A stretch of DNA of 63,300 bases, filler included, from an uncultured Methanosarcinales archaeon (GTDB lineage Archaea > Nanobdellota > Nanobdellia > Woesearchaeales > JAGLXL01): NCBI GenBank assembly GCA_964472345.1. It is 8 parts of 8 records of this genome, joined end to end, with 100 filler letters (N's around TTAATTAATTAA, not from the genome) between each part and the next. Parts side by side here need not be neighbours in the genome. Positions count along the whole stretch, not along the records: positions 57,637 to 63,300 come from CAYYLB010000067.1; 7 more parts are not named here. One strand, 5' to 3'. Under the pieces are notes generated by a model, which saw only the letters and a list, made by a program, of their open reading frames with translations, was not told the DNA's origin and ran no database searches. A program made the position numbers and the translations under genes. Positions 61,772 through 63,300 of the stretch are shown one piece after another (position 1 is the stretch's first letter; each line of letters starts with the position of its first letter).

Positions 61772-62793
61772 TGCTGCAACCCCTGCTGCCTGCGTGCCTC
61801 GTGCTGCTCCTTGAACTTTTTCAGGCGCTGCCCGACACGGTCTGCAGCAAAATCATGCTCCCCGACGAGCAGCGCAGTGATGCGATCAGCATCAGGGGGC
61901 TTCCAGGCGATCGTGCCTTCATCGGTGACGGGCATGTGCCGGATGGTGTCGAAGACCTCTTTCCAGCTGACGCTGCTGTGCTTGCTCCACTCCACTTTCT
62001 GGAAGAGCTGGTCGAGATCCCTGTATTGCTTCACCAGCCTGATGGCGTTTTTCGGCCCTATGCCGGGAATGCCGCCGGGGTTGTAGTCCGTCCCGATGAG
62101 CAGTGCGGCGGCAATCAGCTGGTCCTGGTCAATACCACAGCTGTTGAGCACCTCGCTGAGGGTGATCAGCTCCGGCTTGACAATGTCGTACTGCAGGCGG
62201 TTGGCGTGCTTGCGGCGACCTTCAAGAGAGAGGTTCCGGACGACCCGCGGCGCGCCAAAGAGCAGGCTGTCGAAGTCCTGGCTGACGACGGCAAAGGCAT
62301 CGCCCTTCCTTGCGAGATGCGCTGCCTGCGCTTCGCCTTCGCTCGGGGCCTGGATTACCGGCAGGCCAAGGGCACTGAGCAGCTTCCTGCTTTCGGCGAG
62401 CATGTCATCAGTGAGGATAGAGGTCCGTGAGGCGAACTTGCGCATCGATTCGAGGTCGCCAGCGCGCCTGGCTTCATCGTATCTCTCCCGTGCTTCCTGC
62501 TTCAGCGCAGCGCGGCGCCCCCTCTCGCTTGCCTTGATGGCCGGCGGCGTTCCGTCAAACACAAAGACCAGCCTGAGGCCGTGCTCCATAAATTTCGTGC
62601 AACGGTAGAAGAGCCCGTTAAGGTGCGAGGTAATGTTGCCCCTGCTGTCGGTCAATAGCGAGCCGTCACGCTGCCGGATGGTGGTGAGGAACTGGTAGAG
62701 CATGTTGAATGCGTCAATGGCAAGCGTCTTGCCTGCAATGCCATCGAGCGTCACGGGCTGCGCTGCAACGAGATCCTTGAGCTTAATTCCCAT
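61762..62793 (-). CDS. fen: Flap endonuclease 1
   Basis: MGI, YQFL..IR, FVFDG, APSEGEAQ, SQDFDSLLFG, GTDYN, GIGPK, C-terminal PIP box QQGLQQWF. Confidence 0.97.
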   Translation of the reverse strand: MGIKLKDLVAAQPVTLDGIAGKTLAIDAFNMLYQFLTTIRQRDGSLLTDSRGNITSHLNGLFYRCTKFMEHGLRLVFVFDGTPPAIKASERGRRAALKQEARERYDEARRAGDLESMRKFASRTSILTDDMLAESRKLLSALGLPVIQAPSEGEAQAAHLARKGDAFAVVSQDFDSLLFGAPRVVRNLSLEGRRKHANRLQYDIVKPELITLSEVLNSCGIDQDQLIAAALLIGTDYNPGGIPGIGPKNAIRLVKQYRDLDQLFQKVEWSKHSSVSWKEVFDTIRHMPVTDEGTIAWKPPDADRITALLVGEHDFAADRVGQRLKKFKEQHEARRQQGLQQWF

Positions 62794-63300
62794 GGGAAAG
62801 CGAGACGATCACCATCGTCTTAAATGCGTCGGCCTTCGCAAGCTCCTGCGCCTTTGGCGTGAGCGTGCCGTTGTGGAGGAGCATCACCGGCAGTTTCCCC
62901 AACTGGCCTTCGACGAGCGCCGCGCTGAGATCCTTCTCTGTCACGCGCTTCTTGCTGCAGGCCTTGCAGAGGTAGGGCAGCGGGCCTACGGCGGAGGGGA
63001 CTTCAATGGTGTAGAGCATCTCTGAATCCCTGCGGATCATCTGTTCGCTGCGGACGGTGATGCCCTTTTGCCCGAAAAACTGGCCGATGCCCGCTGAAAA
63101 GCTGCCTGGCCTGGCCGGCTTTTGCCTCGGTTTTGCGCGCTGCTTCGGCTGCTCGAGCTTTTGCTGCTCCTGAAGCGGCTGCCTAGGCTGCTGGGCTTTA
63201 TTGAAAAGCTCCCGTTCGCCATGCGGAAAAGTGCGCTTTTCCTGAGCTCGTACAAGTCCGAGCCGCGGAGAACGTGCGGCGTCCTCCTGGGCTCGTACAA
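62783..63300 (-). CDS. Hypothetical protein upstream of fen, 5' part outside the window; contains an in-frame MITE
   Basis: No stop codon in this frame from 63300 to 62786; Q/P/K linker, then a globular-looking domain overlapping the fen start. Confidence 0.7.
   Translation of the reverse strand, partial: VRAQEDAARSPRLGLVRAQEKRTFPHGERELFNKAQQPRQPLQEQQKLEQPKQRAKPRQKPARPGSFSAGIGQFFGQKGITVRSEQMIRRDSEMLYTIEVPSAVGPLPYLCKACSKKRVTEKDLSAALVEGQLGKLPVMLLHNGTLTPKAQELAKADAFKTMVIVSLSHGN
63194..63300. mobile_element. MITE family A, copy 4 (partial, diverged)
   Basis: GGCTTTATTGAAAAGCTCCCGTTCGCCATGCGGAAAAGTGCGCTTTTCCTGAGC aligns with the reverse complement of copy 2. Confidence 0.85.

Overview
The window holds eight separate contig pieces joined by artificial 100-nt N/TTAATTAATTAA spacers, in decreasing length order, which suggests a concatenated MAG. 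Gene order cannot be read across the spacers. The content is archaeal (TFS, Sec11, prefoldin alpha-FtsY, FEN1, Trm5, TATA boxes about 30 bp upstream of leaderless ATGs) with bacterial-type GAPDH, PGK, GroES/EL and ThyA/DHFR. That mix suggests a GC-rich DPANN archaeon, probably Woesearchaeota-like (inference). Loci: a folate/thymidylate cluster split by a toxin-antitoxin (TA) island, a giant Cys-rich surface protein followed by four prepilin-like genes, several AT-rich TA cassettes, surface proteins, gap-pgk, nadC-nadE, a glycosylation cluster, an arginine-to-putrescine operon and groESL. The most unusual signals are non-coding. (1) Several families of miniature inverted-repeat elements (MITEs) are present. 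In all four intergenic copies with perfect 8-bp target duplications (TSDs), the target lies 5-6 bp upstream of a TATA box, and another copy reads through in frame inside a protein gene. (2) A 93-bp twin palindrome lies downstream of two unrelated TA pairs. (3) An MNT-HEPN cassette is bracketed by a duplicated nfo start. I recognised no tRNA, rRNA, CRISPR array or transposase gene. All product calls come from reading motifs; no database search was run.
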